Shown here piece after piece: positions 10,096-20,029 of a stretch of DNA of 51,115 nucleotides. Within the stretch, counting starts at the first letter, position 1; the number at the start of each line of letters is the position of its first letter. The notes beneath the pieces are model-generated. The model was not told the origin of the DNA and did not search any database. It saw only the letters and a list, made by a program, of their open reading frames with translations. Source of the DNA: Armatimonadota bacterium (GTDB lineage Bacteria > Armatimonadota > UBA5829 > DTLH01). Location of the stretch: assembly GCA_039680575.1 (NCBI GenBank), contig JBDKSP010000085.1, positions 1 to 51,115 on the forward strand. The letters are read 5' to 3'. The translations under genes were made by a program, and so were the position numbers.

Positions 10096-11252
10096 CGCCA
10101 CTGTCCTACACCCTGAGCACGCTGAGCAGTCTTGCCTTCACTTGGAAGCGATGGCGCGATAACAAGCTCCGCCTGCTGCATTTCTTTGATATTATGAGCG
10201 CCGCAGTAGCTCATTGCGAACTGCAGAGCGCCTACAAGGTTCATAGTGCCATTGTCGGTCTTTGCCGGACCGTAAAGAAGTTCCTCAAGCGTTCCGTTGA
10301 TGCCGACATGAACGCGAGTGCCTCTCGGAAGCCCTGCGCTCGAAGTCGCCATACCCCAGTGATAGCCTTTACCGGGAGCTTCCGTAGTCGTCGAGACCGG
10401 GGAACCGATCATAACAGCGTCAGCGCCTGCGACTATCGCCTTCACGATGTCGCCTCCGCATCGCATGCCGCCGTCCGCGATAACAGGGACATATCTGCCG
10501 GTTCTGGCTTCGTAATCGTCTCTAGCTGCTGCCGCATCGGCGGTTGCCGTGATCTGTGGGACTCCGATACCGCAGACTTTTCTGGTTGTGCAGGCTGCGC
10601 CCGGTCCTACGCCTGAGAGAACAGCAGCCGCGCCGGCTTCCATATAGCTAAGAGCGCTTTCATAGGACGAACAGTTACCGATAATAACCGGAATATTCGA
10701 CTCTCTGCAGAAATCAGTCAGGTCCATCCCGGCACCCTTGGAAGAAACGAACTTTGTGCTTGTGACCGAAGATTGGATAACGGCGACATCAGCGCCTGCT
10801 CCAAAAATAGTATCCGCGAGCTTTTTCATCCCCATGGGAGTCGCTGCAACTGCTGCGAGCTGCCCTGCGGCCTTAATATCCTTGATCCTCTTTGCTACAA
10901 GTTCGGGTTTTATCGGTTCCTGGTAAATCTTTTGAATGGTGGGGATGACTGAATCGGCGGGAGCTTCGATTATTTGCCTGATAGCGGCATCGGCATCTTC
11001 ATAACGCGCTTGGACACCTTCTATGTTAACAACAGCGAGTCCGCCGAGTTTTCCCATCGCGATTGCGAGCCTGGGGTCGGCAGTACCGTCCATAGCGGAT
11101 GCAAGGATCGGGATACGAAACGCGTGACTGCCGAGATGCCAGCCTGTATCGACATCTGCGACATCAATGCTGACCGCCGCGGGCACAACGGCCACCTCGT
11201 CAAAACCATAGGCTCGCCTGGCCTTTTTTCTGCCCCCGACAACTACTTCCAA
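10092..11252 (-). CDS. GuaB3-type IMP dehydrogenase family protein (probable TTG start at 11252)
   Basis: [24 protein letters not shown] catalytic Cys, IADGG, no CBS domains; AGGAGG RBS. Confidence 0.9.
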   Translation of the reverse strand: MEVVVGGRKKARRAYGFDEVAVVPAAVSIDVADVDTGWHLGSHAFRIPILASAMDGTADPRLAIAMGKLGGLAVVNIEGVQARYEDADAAIRQIIEAPADSVIPTIQKIYQEPIKPELVAKRIKDIKAAGQLAAVAATPMGMKKLADTIFGAGADVAVIQSSVTSTKFVSSKGAGMDLTDFCRESNIPVIIGNCSSYESALSYMEAGAAAVLSGVGPGAACTTRKVCGIGVPQITATADAAAARDDYEARTGRYVPVIADGGMRCGGDIVKAIVAGADAVMIGSPVSTTTEAPGKGYHWGMATSSAGLPRGTRVHVGINGTLEELLYGPAKTDNGTMNLVGALQFAMSYCGAHNIKEMQQAELVIAPSLPSEGKTAQRAQGVGQWR

Positions 11253-11306
11253 AATGCACTTTCCTCCTGGCTTTTCGGAATATGATAGCAAAGGAAGAGC
11301 TGGAAG

Positions 11307-11891
11307 TCAATCGGATTCGGGTTCAACCGGTGATATTTCGCGAATTATGTTGTTTTTGTCCCATAATCTGTCGATAATCCATCCTGAATAGAATATAAGG
11401 CAGAGCCCCAATACCAATTGCGTGACCTCTTGCGCGATCATCGGCATCTGTTTGCTTAACCCTCCAGCCTGTAGCAATTCTCCTACTGATGTTTTCTGGG
11501 CAATCGACAACTGCACTGTTTCATAGATTGTCCTGATCAGGATGGGAAGGGAATATGCAAATAGCGCAACACCGGAAACAACAAGTCCGGCTCGCAAAAA
11601 ACCCTGCTCTCCTTTGGCTGAAGGTGTTTCCTGCGCGTCTGGAGTATCCTTGACCCATGTGCCTATTTTTTCTGCCGCAAACCATAGAAGTATACCGAAA
11701 AGAACCTGCAATACCGGCCACAAAATGGTTGATGCAATTACTAAAGCAGTTGGGTGAGATATATTCACATGTGAAACCATTTTCATTAATGACTTCATAG
11801 ACACTATGCCGGCTGGCAATTTGATCACACCGGCTGCAAACAGGTAGACGGAAATAACTCTGGTTCCGAGGGCTGCAAAGAAGTTTGTCAT
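11307..11891 (-). CDS. Hypothetical 4-TM membrane protein
   Basis: Four hydrophobic segments; overlaps the paralog-like upstream gene. Confidence 0.7.
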   Translation of the reverse strand: MTNFFAALGTRVISVYLFAAGVIKLPAGIVSMKSLMKMVSHVNISHPTALVIASTILWPVLQVLFGILLWFAAEKIGTWVKDTPDAQETPSAKGEQGFLRAGLVVSGVALFAYSLPILIRTIYETVQLSIAQKTSVGELLQAGGLSKQMPMIAQEVTQLVLGLCLIFYSGWIIDRLWDKNNIIREISPVEPESD

Positions 11892-12433
11892 TCTTCTGTC
11901 CCTCTTTTGAGTCTCGTGTCCAGATAAGACGCCAATCGGTTTGGATATAGGATCAATGCAAGTCCTAAAATGAGCTGGATAGCTGTGGAAATAATATTAC
12001 CTGTTCCTGATAGTGTGACCGAGCGAAAAATCGAGCCCGGCTCGCCAGCGTACCTCATAGGAAATGCAATGTGGATGATCATTGCTACAAGGCCGGGGAT
12101 AGCTATTGCCAGAAAGACTAATCCGGCTAGAAGAAATCCTGCCGCCATCAATGACTCTGCATTTGCGGACGGCCATGCTGTGTCTTCTCCAAACATAGCG
12201 TTTCCAATTTTACCGGCCTTAGCAATAAGCAGAAGTCCAAAACCAACTTCCATAGCAAGTGCTATGGAGAAGAGTGCGATAATAAGTGAGTTTGAAACAG
12301 GCGGTTCGGATATACTTATACTCCGGGTCATTAAGATGTAAGTTAATAGGCCGGGAATTGTAAGTATCCCCAATACGATCAAATACAACCCCAGCGCCGC
12401 AAACACAATTGCTGCTACTTCTCGTTTCTTCAT
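11888..12433 (-). CDS. Hypothetical 4-TM membrane protein
   Basis: Four hydrophobic segments, GAGGGGG RBS. Confidence 0.72.
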   Translation of the reverse strand: MKKREVAAIVFAALGLYLIVLGILTIPGLLTYILMTRSISISEPPVSNSLIIALFSIALAMEVGFGLLLIAKAGKIGNAMFGEDTAWPSANAESLMAAGFLLAGLVFLAIAIPGLVAMIIHIAFPMRYAGEPGSIFRSVTLSGTGNIISTAIQLILGLALILYPNRLASYLDTRLKRGTEE

Positions 12434-12536
12434 ATCGGCCCCCTCAAATATTTGGTTAGTTGTAAAATGACTGGTTATGTGTCCGTAGTATTGTTACACC
12501 ATTATCCGAAACTCTTTTGATGGATTTTGGCTAATA

Positions 12537-14495
12537 CTACTTCGAGTTTTTGGGACTGGTTATCGGAAACGCCAATGCCGGACCTGGTATCGTTTTGCTC
12601 TGGATTTTGCTGTCTTTAGTGTAGCTGACTACCATGTCATACCGCGATAATCCGAGAGATGCCGGAATCTTAACTAATCCTTTGTGCGGCTCATAGGTGG
12701 TAGTGGCTACTGATTGATTAATACGCATCACCATCGTCAAAATGACTTGAGGATCGGACATAGCGCTTATCATTTCATCAGGCCCGCTATATGTTTCAGA
12801 CAGTTTTTCAGTGGTATCTGCCTTTTTTGCGTTTGGTAAAGGGGGAAGCTCGCCTTCTACTCTCTGCTTCAATCGATAAGTGCGGAAGAACCCGGCAATC
12901 CAGGAGGTATCGAACTTAGCTAACGGTAAGCCGTCACTGGACATAGCCTGTTGTTTGTCTTCCTGCTGAAGAGCATCGTATAACATCCACATGGGATCAT
13001 CAACTGCACCAATGAAAGTCAATGCCGACAGGGACAGGTCGCGTGAACAAAATATCCATTCATAAAAAGCACCTTTTGGCAGGCTCGCGCAGTGAATAGC
13101 ATCGTCAAGCCCCAGACCTGAACCGTCCAGTTTGTCTTTCAGGCCATTTAGGTAATCCTCCGGCAGCAGGTTTACATGATGAATGCGCCAATTCCAGACC
13201 CCTGCCGCATCACAAGCCCAACCGACAATGAGTCTGCTTTTCTCATCGGCAAACCAAGTATAGGCCATATTACCCAACTCTGCGTCTTTCTTCAAAGCGC
13301 TGAGTGTATCAGTGAGGCTGTTTTTTTCCTTGAATAGCTGCAGTATTATACCAGTGTTCTGATAATTGGAAGATTTATGACTGGTAAAATCTTCCGTTAC
13401 GATATTGCAGCCGCTTGCAAGAGCCGCCGCCTCGATGATATCTGCAAATGTGGGCTTCTTGATATGTTCCGGCTTAACAATATCGATCTTATCCTGCATA
13501 AACGGGCAATCCCATACCGATTCTTCTGCGCAAGCGAATAAGGGCACCATATTGAGGTCCTTCATATCGTCTCTGATGGTCGGATATTTAGCTTGAGGGT
13601 ATGGGGGAAGGCCAGGAATTACATTTTCCAGATAGCTTGTCTCTGACAGATGGGAGGTGGCTTCCTCAGTAACAGGTCCATAGATCAACGGACTGAGGTT
13701 CGTTTCTATATATGACTCGCCGGTGTCTCCGTTATCGATCAGCTTCATTTTGAGAACTGCCGATTGCTCGTCTTCTTGAGTGGCTGGGGGAGCGGCATCC
13801 ATATCAGCCGAATGGCGTACATTCCGCTCCAGCTCATACAGCTCGCCTATAGTATCCTGGTATGCCGGGTTTTTACCGCTGAATGATATTGTAGACCCAT
13901 TAAGCAAGTCATTCTCGGCATCGGGGTCTAGAGTAGCAATCAATTTAGCAATGAGCCATATATTTTTACCTAAGCCGGGAATGCCTTTTGCTTCTTTAGA
14001 CTTACCGTATTTTGTCAATGCGTCCCACTGCCAATCCACCGCATCTAACATCAAATCGTGCTTGTTCTTGAGATATTGGTCTATATTCAAATCGGATTTT
14101 GCGGTACGGCGGATCCCGTATCTTGTTATCTCGCCATCTTTAACTTTCGTAGATATAAAATTAGTGTGCGTGGCATCAGCGATAGCTTTGAGCACCTTCC
14201 CCAGCGGCATATCTTTTACGCACACCACAACCGGTATGTCGCGCACACGCCAATCATTCTTGTTCTGTCCGCAGAAAATATCGAGCCCGCTGATACGGCT
14301 CAGGTCCTCTGTCACAACATGCAGCCGCTTTGCTCCGCTGGTATATGTCACTTTTTTGGATAAAATATCCTGAGTATTGACAGCGCTATCCGATGATATT
14401 TCGGGAGTACTACTGGTGAGAGCAGTTGCGTTACCTGCACCGTAAGTAACACCTAAACACAGCATAAATAAAGCCACGACCACTAGCTTCTTCAT
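12537..14495 (-). CDS. Secreted hypothetical protein with secretin/TonB N-terminal (STN)-like segments
   Basis: Sec signal MKKLVVVALF; VCVKDMPLGKVLKAIA resembles STN/N0 domains; GGAGG RBS. Confidence 0.7.
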   Translation of the reverse strand: MKKLVVVALFMLCLGVTYGAGNATALTSSTPEISSDSAVNTQDILSKKVTYTSGAKRLHVVTEDLSRISGLDIFCGQNKNDWRVRDIPVVVCVKDMPLGKVLKAIADATHTNFISTKVKDGEITRYGIRRTAKSDLNIDQYLKNKHDLMLDAVDWQWDALTKYGKSKEAKGIPGLGKNIWLIAKLIATLDPDAENDLLNGSTISFSGKNPAYQDTIGELYELERNVRHSADMDAAPPATQEDEQSAVLKMKLIDNGDTGESYIETNLSPLIYGPVTEEATSHLSETSYLENVIPGLPPYPQAKYPTIRDDMKDLNMVPLFACAEESVWDCPFMQDKIDIVKPEHIKKPTFADIIEAAALASGCNIVTEDFTSHKSSNYQNTGIILQLFKEKNSLTDTLSALKKDAELGNMAYTWFADEKSRLIVGWACDAAGVWNWRIHHVNLLPEDYLNGLKDKLDGSGLGLDDAIHCASLPKGAFYEWIFCSRDLSLSALTFIGAVDDPMWMLYDALQQEDKQQAMSSDGLPLAKFDTSWIAGFFRTYRLKQRVEGELPPLPNAKKADTTEKLSETYSGPDEMISAMSDPQVILTMVMRINQSVATTTYEPHKGLVKIPASLGLSRYDMVVSYTKDSKIQSKTIPGPALAFPITSPKNSK

Positions 14496-14632
14496 ACAAC
14501 CATGCCTCCAATTAGTAATTAACTTTTCTGCTTACATTTCAGCCATTTTAGCCTGAATGACATATAGGTACAATGTTTTGCCATCAACGAAGTATTCGGT
14601 ATTGCTGTGTAAATCAGCTAAGATGCCTGGAT

Positions 14633-15247
14633 TTACTCCCAGAGGTTCAACTGCCCCTTTTCGTCGCTTTTGGTCTGTTGGTCGGAAAGTTTTACCGGTC
14701 TTGACGGCTTATCCTTGCCGAACTGGCGAGGACTCTTGGATGGGGTATTCTTTTTTGTCGCTCCAGAAGAACCACGCCCGGATGGTTTTGCTGCTTTCGA
14801 CTTTTCCTTCTTTGCAGCTCGTGCCGGGCCTTCGGGATGATAATCGGCTCTTCTGCGGGCGGCATCGCTTGCCAGTCTATCAGCATGGGCGTTCTCCCGC
14901 CGCGGAACATGGGCAATCCGTGCATCGGGAAAATGCGAAAACAGCTCTTTTACTTCGTAATACATGACCGCAAGGTGTTCTGCCCTTACTTTGTAAACCC
15001 CGCCGACCTGTTTTGCGAGAAGTTCGCTGTCGGTGGTGACCCTGATCTGCTTTACACCGAGTTTCAGAGCTTCTTTAAGCCCCCTGATCAGCGCAGAATA
15101 CTCGGCGACATTATTAGTTGTCTCCCCGATATATTCGCCGATCTCTTTGATCACTTCTCCGGCTTCATTATAAATAACAACCCCGATGCCTGCTGCGCCG
15201 GGATTGCCTTTTGATGCGCCGTCTACGGCAAGTCTAGCACTCGTCAT
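14633..15247 (-). CDS. rnhA: Ribonuclease HI with long basic C-terminal tail
   Basis: VDGASKGNPG, TNNVAEY, TDSEL, HVPRRENAHADRLA. Confidence 0.93.
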   Translation of the reverse strand: MTSARLAVDGASKGNPGAAGIGVVIYNEAGEVIKEIGEYIGETTNNVAEYSALIRGLKEALKLGVKQIRVTTDSELLAKQVGGVYKVRAEHLAVMYYEVKELFSHFPDARIAHVPRRENAHADRLASDAARRRADYHPEGPARAAKKEKSKAAKPSGRGSSGATKKNTPSKSPRQFGKDKPSRPVKLSDQQTKSDEKGQLNLWE

Positions 15248-15957
15248 TATTCAACCAGAAACAGTATCCTGCCGCAGCTTTCGCATATTTGATACTGTTC
15301 GCCTTCCTTTAGGAGTCTTTGAGCATAAGGAGTCAATCCGACATGGCAACCGCCGCACTGGCTGTTTTCTACTTTGGCAAGCCCGGTGTCCTTGTGCCGT
15401 GATTTGATGGATTCATAGCGCTGGAGGATGGTGCGGTCTGTGACTGCCGACGTGCATTTTTGCCGCTCGGTATTCAACTGCTCGATAAGCGCGCTCAATT
15501 CCTTGTGTTTTGCCTGGTATTTGCTCACGATGTTGGCCACATGCTGCCTGAACTGCTTCATTACATCTTCCAGCTTGTTTGCGGCGGCGCGTTTAGGCTC
15601 AATGGCCTCGTAGAGTTCAAGTATGCGTTCGTCGAGCTTCTCCCTGGACTTTCCGAGTATCTCGATCTCTTTCTCCATGCTCGAAAGTTCCTTGGGGTTG
15701 GCGACCTGGCCTGCGTAGAGCTTCTTTTCGCAGTTTTGTTTCTTGGTTTCGACGCTTTTCAAGCTGAGTTCGCTGTCCTTCAGATCGGATTCGAGCTTCT
15801 TGATATCTTCCAGTGAAGACTCGAGCTTCTTTTCCGCATCCGACAGCTGTTTGCGAAGCGCTGCACCGTTATCAAGTGCCGCGAGGGCTTTATTGGCCGC
15901 GGCGATCTGCAGGTCTACTTGCTGAAGTTCATATAGAGCCCTAAGTTGTGATTTCAT
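15247..15957 (-). CDS. Coiled-coil C4 zinc-ribbon protein (DUF164/CT398-like)
   Basis: LYELQQVD, long coiled coil, CGGC...CESCGRIL; translationally coupled to rnhA. Confidence 0.9.
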   Translation of the reverse strand: MKSQLRALYELQQVDLQIAAANKALAALDNGAALRKQLSDAEKKLESSLEDIKKLESDLKDSELSLKSVETKKQNCEKKLYAGQVANPKELSSMEKEIEILGKSREKLDERILELYEAIEPKRAAANKLEDVMKQFRQHVANIVSKYQAKHKELSALIEQLNTERQKCTSAVTDRTILQRYESIKSRHKDTGLAKVENSQCGGCHVGLTPYAQRLLKEGEQYQICESCGRILFLVE

Positions 15958-16026
15958 CTGAGGCTCCTTCCAAGCCGCACATTTGCGGCAGAGCAATTCT
16001 AGCAGTAATTACGGCTGCAATCAATC

Positions 16027-16713
16027 CTATAATCGAACGTATGGCCTTATTTGTTCAAGTTTCTTCGGTCCTATTCCTTTTACGTTCTCAAGCTGCTCTA
16101 TTGTGCTGAACCTGCCGATCTGATTTCGATAATCGATGATCTTCTGAGCCGTGACGGGGCCTATACCCGGCAGTTGATCGAGCTCTCCCAGTCCGGCGGT
16201 GTTGATGTTGACCAACCCCAGGCTGGATGCGCCTCTGGAAGCTCTGGATGATGGAGGAGCTGAAGCTACAGAACGGCTGTTATCGATTGGTTGACCGACG
16301 GCAGGAGGAGCCGCAGTGTTCTTCGACGGCACCAATATCTGCGTCCCGTCCTGGACTCTGGCTGCAAGGTTTATCGCGTCGAGCCTGGCATCGCTTGTAG
16401 GCCCGCCAGCCATGTGGATTGCATCGATCACGCGGCTGTCGGGACTTAGGCGGTAGACGCTGGGCTTTTTAACGCAGCCCGCAACGTGTACGACTACTTC
16501 GCGGGTAACACCGGATGATCTTGATGGTGTGACTGCCGGTGCATCCGCTGCAATACCGGTGTTCGGTCCCCCGTCTACGATAGACACTCTCGAACTATCG
16601 ACGGCAGGCCTGTTCGCGCTACGAATGTGGCCGTAAGCCAGTCCCAGAAGCGAGATTCCTATGACAAATACCAGTGCAATCTGTGCATTTCTAGAAAAAT
16701 TGAGGCCTGTCAA
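16027..16713 (-). CDS. comEA: ComEA DNA-uptake protein (SLBB + HhH)
   Basis: N-terminal TM, VHVAGCVKKP, VNINTA, LPGIGPVTAQKI, VKGIGPK. Confidence 0.93.
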   Translation of the reverse strand: MTGLNFSRNAQIALVFVIGISLLGLAYGHIRSANRPAVDSSRVSIVDGGPNTGIAADAPAVTPSRSSGVTREVVVHVAGCVKKPSVYRLSPDSRVIDAIHMAGGPTSDARLDAINLAARVQDGTQILVPSKNTAAPPAVGQPIDNSRSVASAPPSSRASRGASSLGLVNINTAGLGELDQLPGIGPVTAQKIIDYRNQIGRFSTIEQLENVKGIGPKKLEQIRPYVRL

Positions 16714-16919
16714 TTTATGTCACCCCATTCGGATACTTATCTCTTGGAGTGATAATTCCTCCTGCGGCTGTTTAAGGAAATCAAACTTCTTTGCGCAGCC
16801 TGTATGATTATGGTAAACTTAAAACCGGCAAAGTAGCGCTTTGTGTTGCGTCAATAATTCTTGTGAATGCTTTGGAGATGGCCGGTTGCAAGCGACTTTT
16901 GCACCGGCCTGATAACATA

Positions 16920-17582
16920 ATGAGATCAGCAATTTGGTGGGTAGTCCCAGCTCTGGCAATCGCGCTTTTGGCGGGATGCTCCAGGGTGGACGAGCCGCAG
17001 ACGAAAAATCCGGGTAACCCTGTGAATCAGCAGGTCAAATCGTCTGGCGAGCCTTCAGGTAAATCGGGCTCCAAGACAGCTAAACCGGATGCGACGGCTA
17101 AAAACGGCAAGGAAGACGAACCTGCTCCGCCGGAGCTCAAAGTAGTCGGGCAAAAGGTGAGCCTGAGCTGGCAGGAGGGCGGCAGACCCAAACTTGCAGC
17201 GACGGCTGTGGAGCTTACCGGGGATACCCTGGCAGGGAAAGCGGTCATGAAGCGAGTCAGCGCGGAGTTGTATCAGGACGGCAAACTCGTCGCCAGACTC
17301 GTGGCTCCCAATGTCGAGGCTGATGAGAAAACGAGAATAATCACTGCGTCAGGAGGGATTATCCTTACGTCCACCGTACCCGAGAGCACGATTCGCACTG
17401 TGAAGTGCAACTGGATAAAGTGGTATTCCAGAAGCGATAAGATTATCGGCAACGGTGGAGTGACGGCGACTGGCCCGCTGGCCTCGATAAAAGCCGCGGC
17501 ATTTACAGCGGATACGAGGTTGAGGACTGTGAAAGTGACGGCGGACCCTTCCGAGGCTAAAGCCGTAGTTGGAAAGCGTTAA
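16920..17582 (+). CDS. LptC-like lipoprotein
   Basis: Lipobox LLAGC, beta-rich jellyroll-like sequence, first gene of the lpt operon. Confidence 0.65.
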   Translation: MRSAIWWVVPALAIALLAGCSRVDEPQTKNPGNPVNQQVKSSGEPSGKSGSKTAKPDATAKNGKEDEPAPPELKVVGQKVSLSWQEGGRPKLAATAVELTGDTLAGKAVMKRVSAELYQDGKLVARLVAPNVEADEKTRIITASGGIILTSTVPESTIRTVKCNWIKWYSRSDKIIGNGGVTATGPLASIKAAAFTADTRLRTVKVTADPSEAKAVVGKR

Positions 17583-17603
17583 GTAGGAAATAAGAGTTCA
17601 TAT

Positions 17604-18179
17604 ATGAAGAAAATACTTTGGATACTGCTTCTGGCAGCACTGGCAATTCCGGCTTTTGGCCAACAGAAGCAGCAGATAGGTTCCGTTGTCGTCGAAGGGT
17701 TCAAGGATTTGAGTGTGTCCAAAAACCAGGTGACACTCTCTGGACCCAGGGTCTATATTCGGACTAACGACGGGAAACTCGAAGCAAAAGCACAGAAGAT
17801 AGTTATCAAATTCGGTCCTGGCGGAGCTCAAGGCGGAATGGGGTCGCTCAAGAGTGCCACGCTTATGGGTGATGTCTGGATGCTTTCCAGGCTTGAGAAG
17901 GACAAATTGACCGAGGCCAGAGCATCGAGCGCTGATATAGACTGGGCAGGGGCAAGGCAGGCCGTGCTGAACGGCAATGTGCAGATAGAGAGTACCGACC
18001 CTTCGATGTTCGCTGAGCCGCTGACTATCACCGCCGATAAGGCCACGGTAAACCTCAAACCGGATACGGAATTGAAAGAAGGCGAGACCAGGATCAGGAT
18101 CGAAAGCGATCCCGGGAAGAGTAAACTGCAGTTTACTCCGGTGGTCAAGCCGGAAACCGAAGAGAATAAGCAGGACTGA
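17604..18179 (+). CDS. LptA/OstA-like periplasmic protein
   Basis: Sec signal, ATLMGDV and AVLNGNVQI beta-jellyroll repeats, directly upstream of lptB. Confidence 0.7.
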   Translation: MKKILWILLLAALAIPAFGQQKQQIGSVVVEGFKDLSVSKNQVTLSGPRVYIRTNDGKLEAKAQKIVIKFGPGGAQGGMGSLKSATLMGDVWMLSRLEKDKLTEARASSADIDWAGARQAVLNGNVQIESTDPSMFAEPLTITADKATVNLKPDTELKEGETRIRIESDPGKSKLQFTPVVKPETEENKQD

Positions 18180-18186
18180 CGCTGGA

Positions 18187-18909
18187 ATGCAGATAAGAAC
18201 GGAAAATCTGGCAAAGGTGTATCGCAGCAGACACGTTGTGGACGGGGTGAGCCTGGATGTCGAGCGCGGTGAGATAGTTGGACTTCTCGGACCGAACGGA
18301 GCAGGCAAGACAACCACGTTCTACATGATTGTCGGGCTGATAAAGCCGAACGGCGGCCGGGTTTTTCTCGATGACCGCGATATAACCCGGATGCCGATGT
18401 ACGGACGCGCGCGTCTAGGCATCGGCTATCTGGCGCAGGAACCTTCTGTATTCCGCAAGCTGACTGTTGCTCAGAATGTTCTTCTCGTGCTCGAGATGGC
18501 CGGGGTGGGGAAGAAGGAACGGCTGAGGAAGACAGATCAGCTCCTGGATGAGCTTGGACTTCGACAGTTGAAGGATGAACATGGCATAGTGCTTTCCGGC
18601 GGAGAGAGAAGACGCACGGAGATTGCCCGCGCACTTGCTACCGATCCTGCGTTTATCCTGCTCGATGAGCCGTTCACAGGAGTCGATCCGATAGCGATAG
18701 ACGATATTCAGACCACGATAGCAAGGCTTCGCTCGGAGAAGAACATTGGAATACTTATCACTGACCACAATGTGCGGGCAACGCTCAAGATCACGGACCG
18801 GGCTTATATCATATCCGAAGGCAAGATTGCTACATCAGGTCCGGCGACTGAGCTTCCGAACGATCCTATCGCGAAGAAATACTACCTCGGCGAACGGTTC
18901 GAGATGTGA
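18187..18909 (+). CDS. lptB: LPS export ABC transporter ATPase LptB
   Basis: [48 protein letters not shown]. Confidence 0.96.
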   Translation: MQIRTENLAKVYRSRHVVDGVSLDVERGEIVGLLGPNGAGKTTTFYMIVGLIKPNGGRVFLDDRDITRMPMYGRARLGIGYLAQEPSVFRKLTVAQNVLLVLEMAGVGKKERLRKTDQLLDELGLRQLKDEHGIVLSGGERRRTEIARALATDPAFILLDEPFTGVDPIAIDDIQTTIARLRSEKNIGILITDHNVRATLKITDRAYIISEGKIATSGPATELPNDPIAKKYYLGERFEM

Positions 18910-18918
18910 GGCCGCCGA

Positions 18919-20025
18919 GTGAAGATACTTGATCGTTTCATCGGCTCCGAGCTGATCGCACCTTTCTTCTTCGGGGTCGCAGCATTTACTTCTATCTTTT
19001 TTGCAGGCTCGTACCTGATGAAGCTGACTGGCCAGGTACTTGCCGGTACGCCGGTTACGACGGCCATAATTCTGCTTGTACTGTATCTTCCATCCATTGT
19101 TGTTTTTACACTCCCGATGTCGACTCTTCTCGCGGTGATTGTGGCTTTCAGCCGGCTTTCCAGTGAAAGCGAAGTTATCGCGCTTTACGCAGGTGGCGTC
19201 AGCATCTACAGGGCTATTGTCCCTGTCGTAGCGCTTGGAATCATAGTCACTGGAATCACGTTCAGCTTGAGTGAAGTCATTGTGCCGAATGCAAACAAGC
19301 TTTCGCTGGATATACAGGCGCATATTCTGAAATCAGAAGTCTCGACAGGAAAACCTTTCGTTGTTATAGATAAGGGTACCAATTCAACCATTTATGTGCG
19401 CGGCGGGTTCAGCGCTAAAACAAAAATCATGCGCGATGTGACAATTACGCGCTATAATGAGAATGAACCGAGCATACTTTTCCAGGCGCGTGAAGCCCGT
19501 TGGGAAGGCGAGAACAAGTGGGGTTCGAATGACTGGGGACTGTACGACGGTAAGATGTATGCGTTGAGACCGGATGGTTCAGGGGTCTCTGCGACGTTCG
19601 AGGGGCTGAAGTCCAAGCAGATCAAGTTGAACCAGAACCCGCGCGATATTGTGCTGAATCAGCGGAAACCGGAAGATATGACCTTCAGGGAGTTGAGGCA
19701 GCAGGTAAATAATCTTTCCTGCGGCGGTGTCCGGCCTGAAGAGCTGCGAGAGCTTGAGGTAGAGATGTACAACAAGCTCGCAATTCCGATTGCCGCGCTT
19801 GTTTTCGCATTGATCGCAGCGCCTCTTGCAATAAGGCCGGCAAGGACTGGGGCATCGGTCGGCATAGGGCTGAGCATCCTGATAATATTCGGCTACTGGC
19901 TCACGTGGCATATTACATCCGCGTTTGCCATACAGGGAGGGATTCCTCCTGTAGTCGGCGCATTTGTTGCTGATGTATTGGGGCTTGCACTGGGCATTAT
20001 TCTTCTGCTCCGAACAGCGAAATAG
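18919..20025 (+). CDS. LptF/LptG family permease
   Basis: MKILDRFI, RLSSESEVIALYAGGVS, 3+3 TM layout. Confidence 0.92.
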   Translation: MKILDRFIGSELIAPFFFGVAAFTSIFFAGSYLMKLTGQVLAGTPVTTAIILLVLYLPSIVVFTLPMSTLLAVIVAFSRLSSESEVIALYAGGVSIYRAIVPVVALGIIVTGITFSLSEVIVPNANKLSLDIQAHILKSEVSTGKPFVVIDKGTNSTIYVRGGFSAKTKIMRDVTITRYNENEPSILFQAREARWEGENKWGSNDWGLYDGKMYALRPDGSGVSATFEGLKSKQIKLNQNPRDIVLNQRKPEDMTFRELRQQVNNLSCGGVRPEELRELEVEMYNKLAIPIAALVFALIAAPLAIRPARTGASVGIGLSILIIFGYWLTWHITSAFAIQGGIPPVVGAFVADVLGLALGIILLLRTAK

Positions 20026-20029
20026 GTGA

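Noticed and set aside
17598..18634. Long antisense ORFs (239 and 268 aa) over lptA/lptB, and similar shadow ORFs over tldD2, DUF1573 and MauE
   Set aside because: Antisense shadows of well-supported genes
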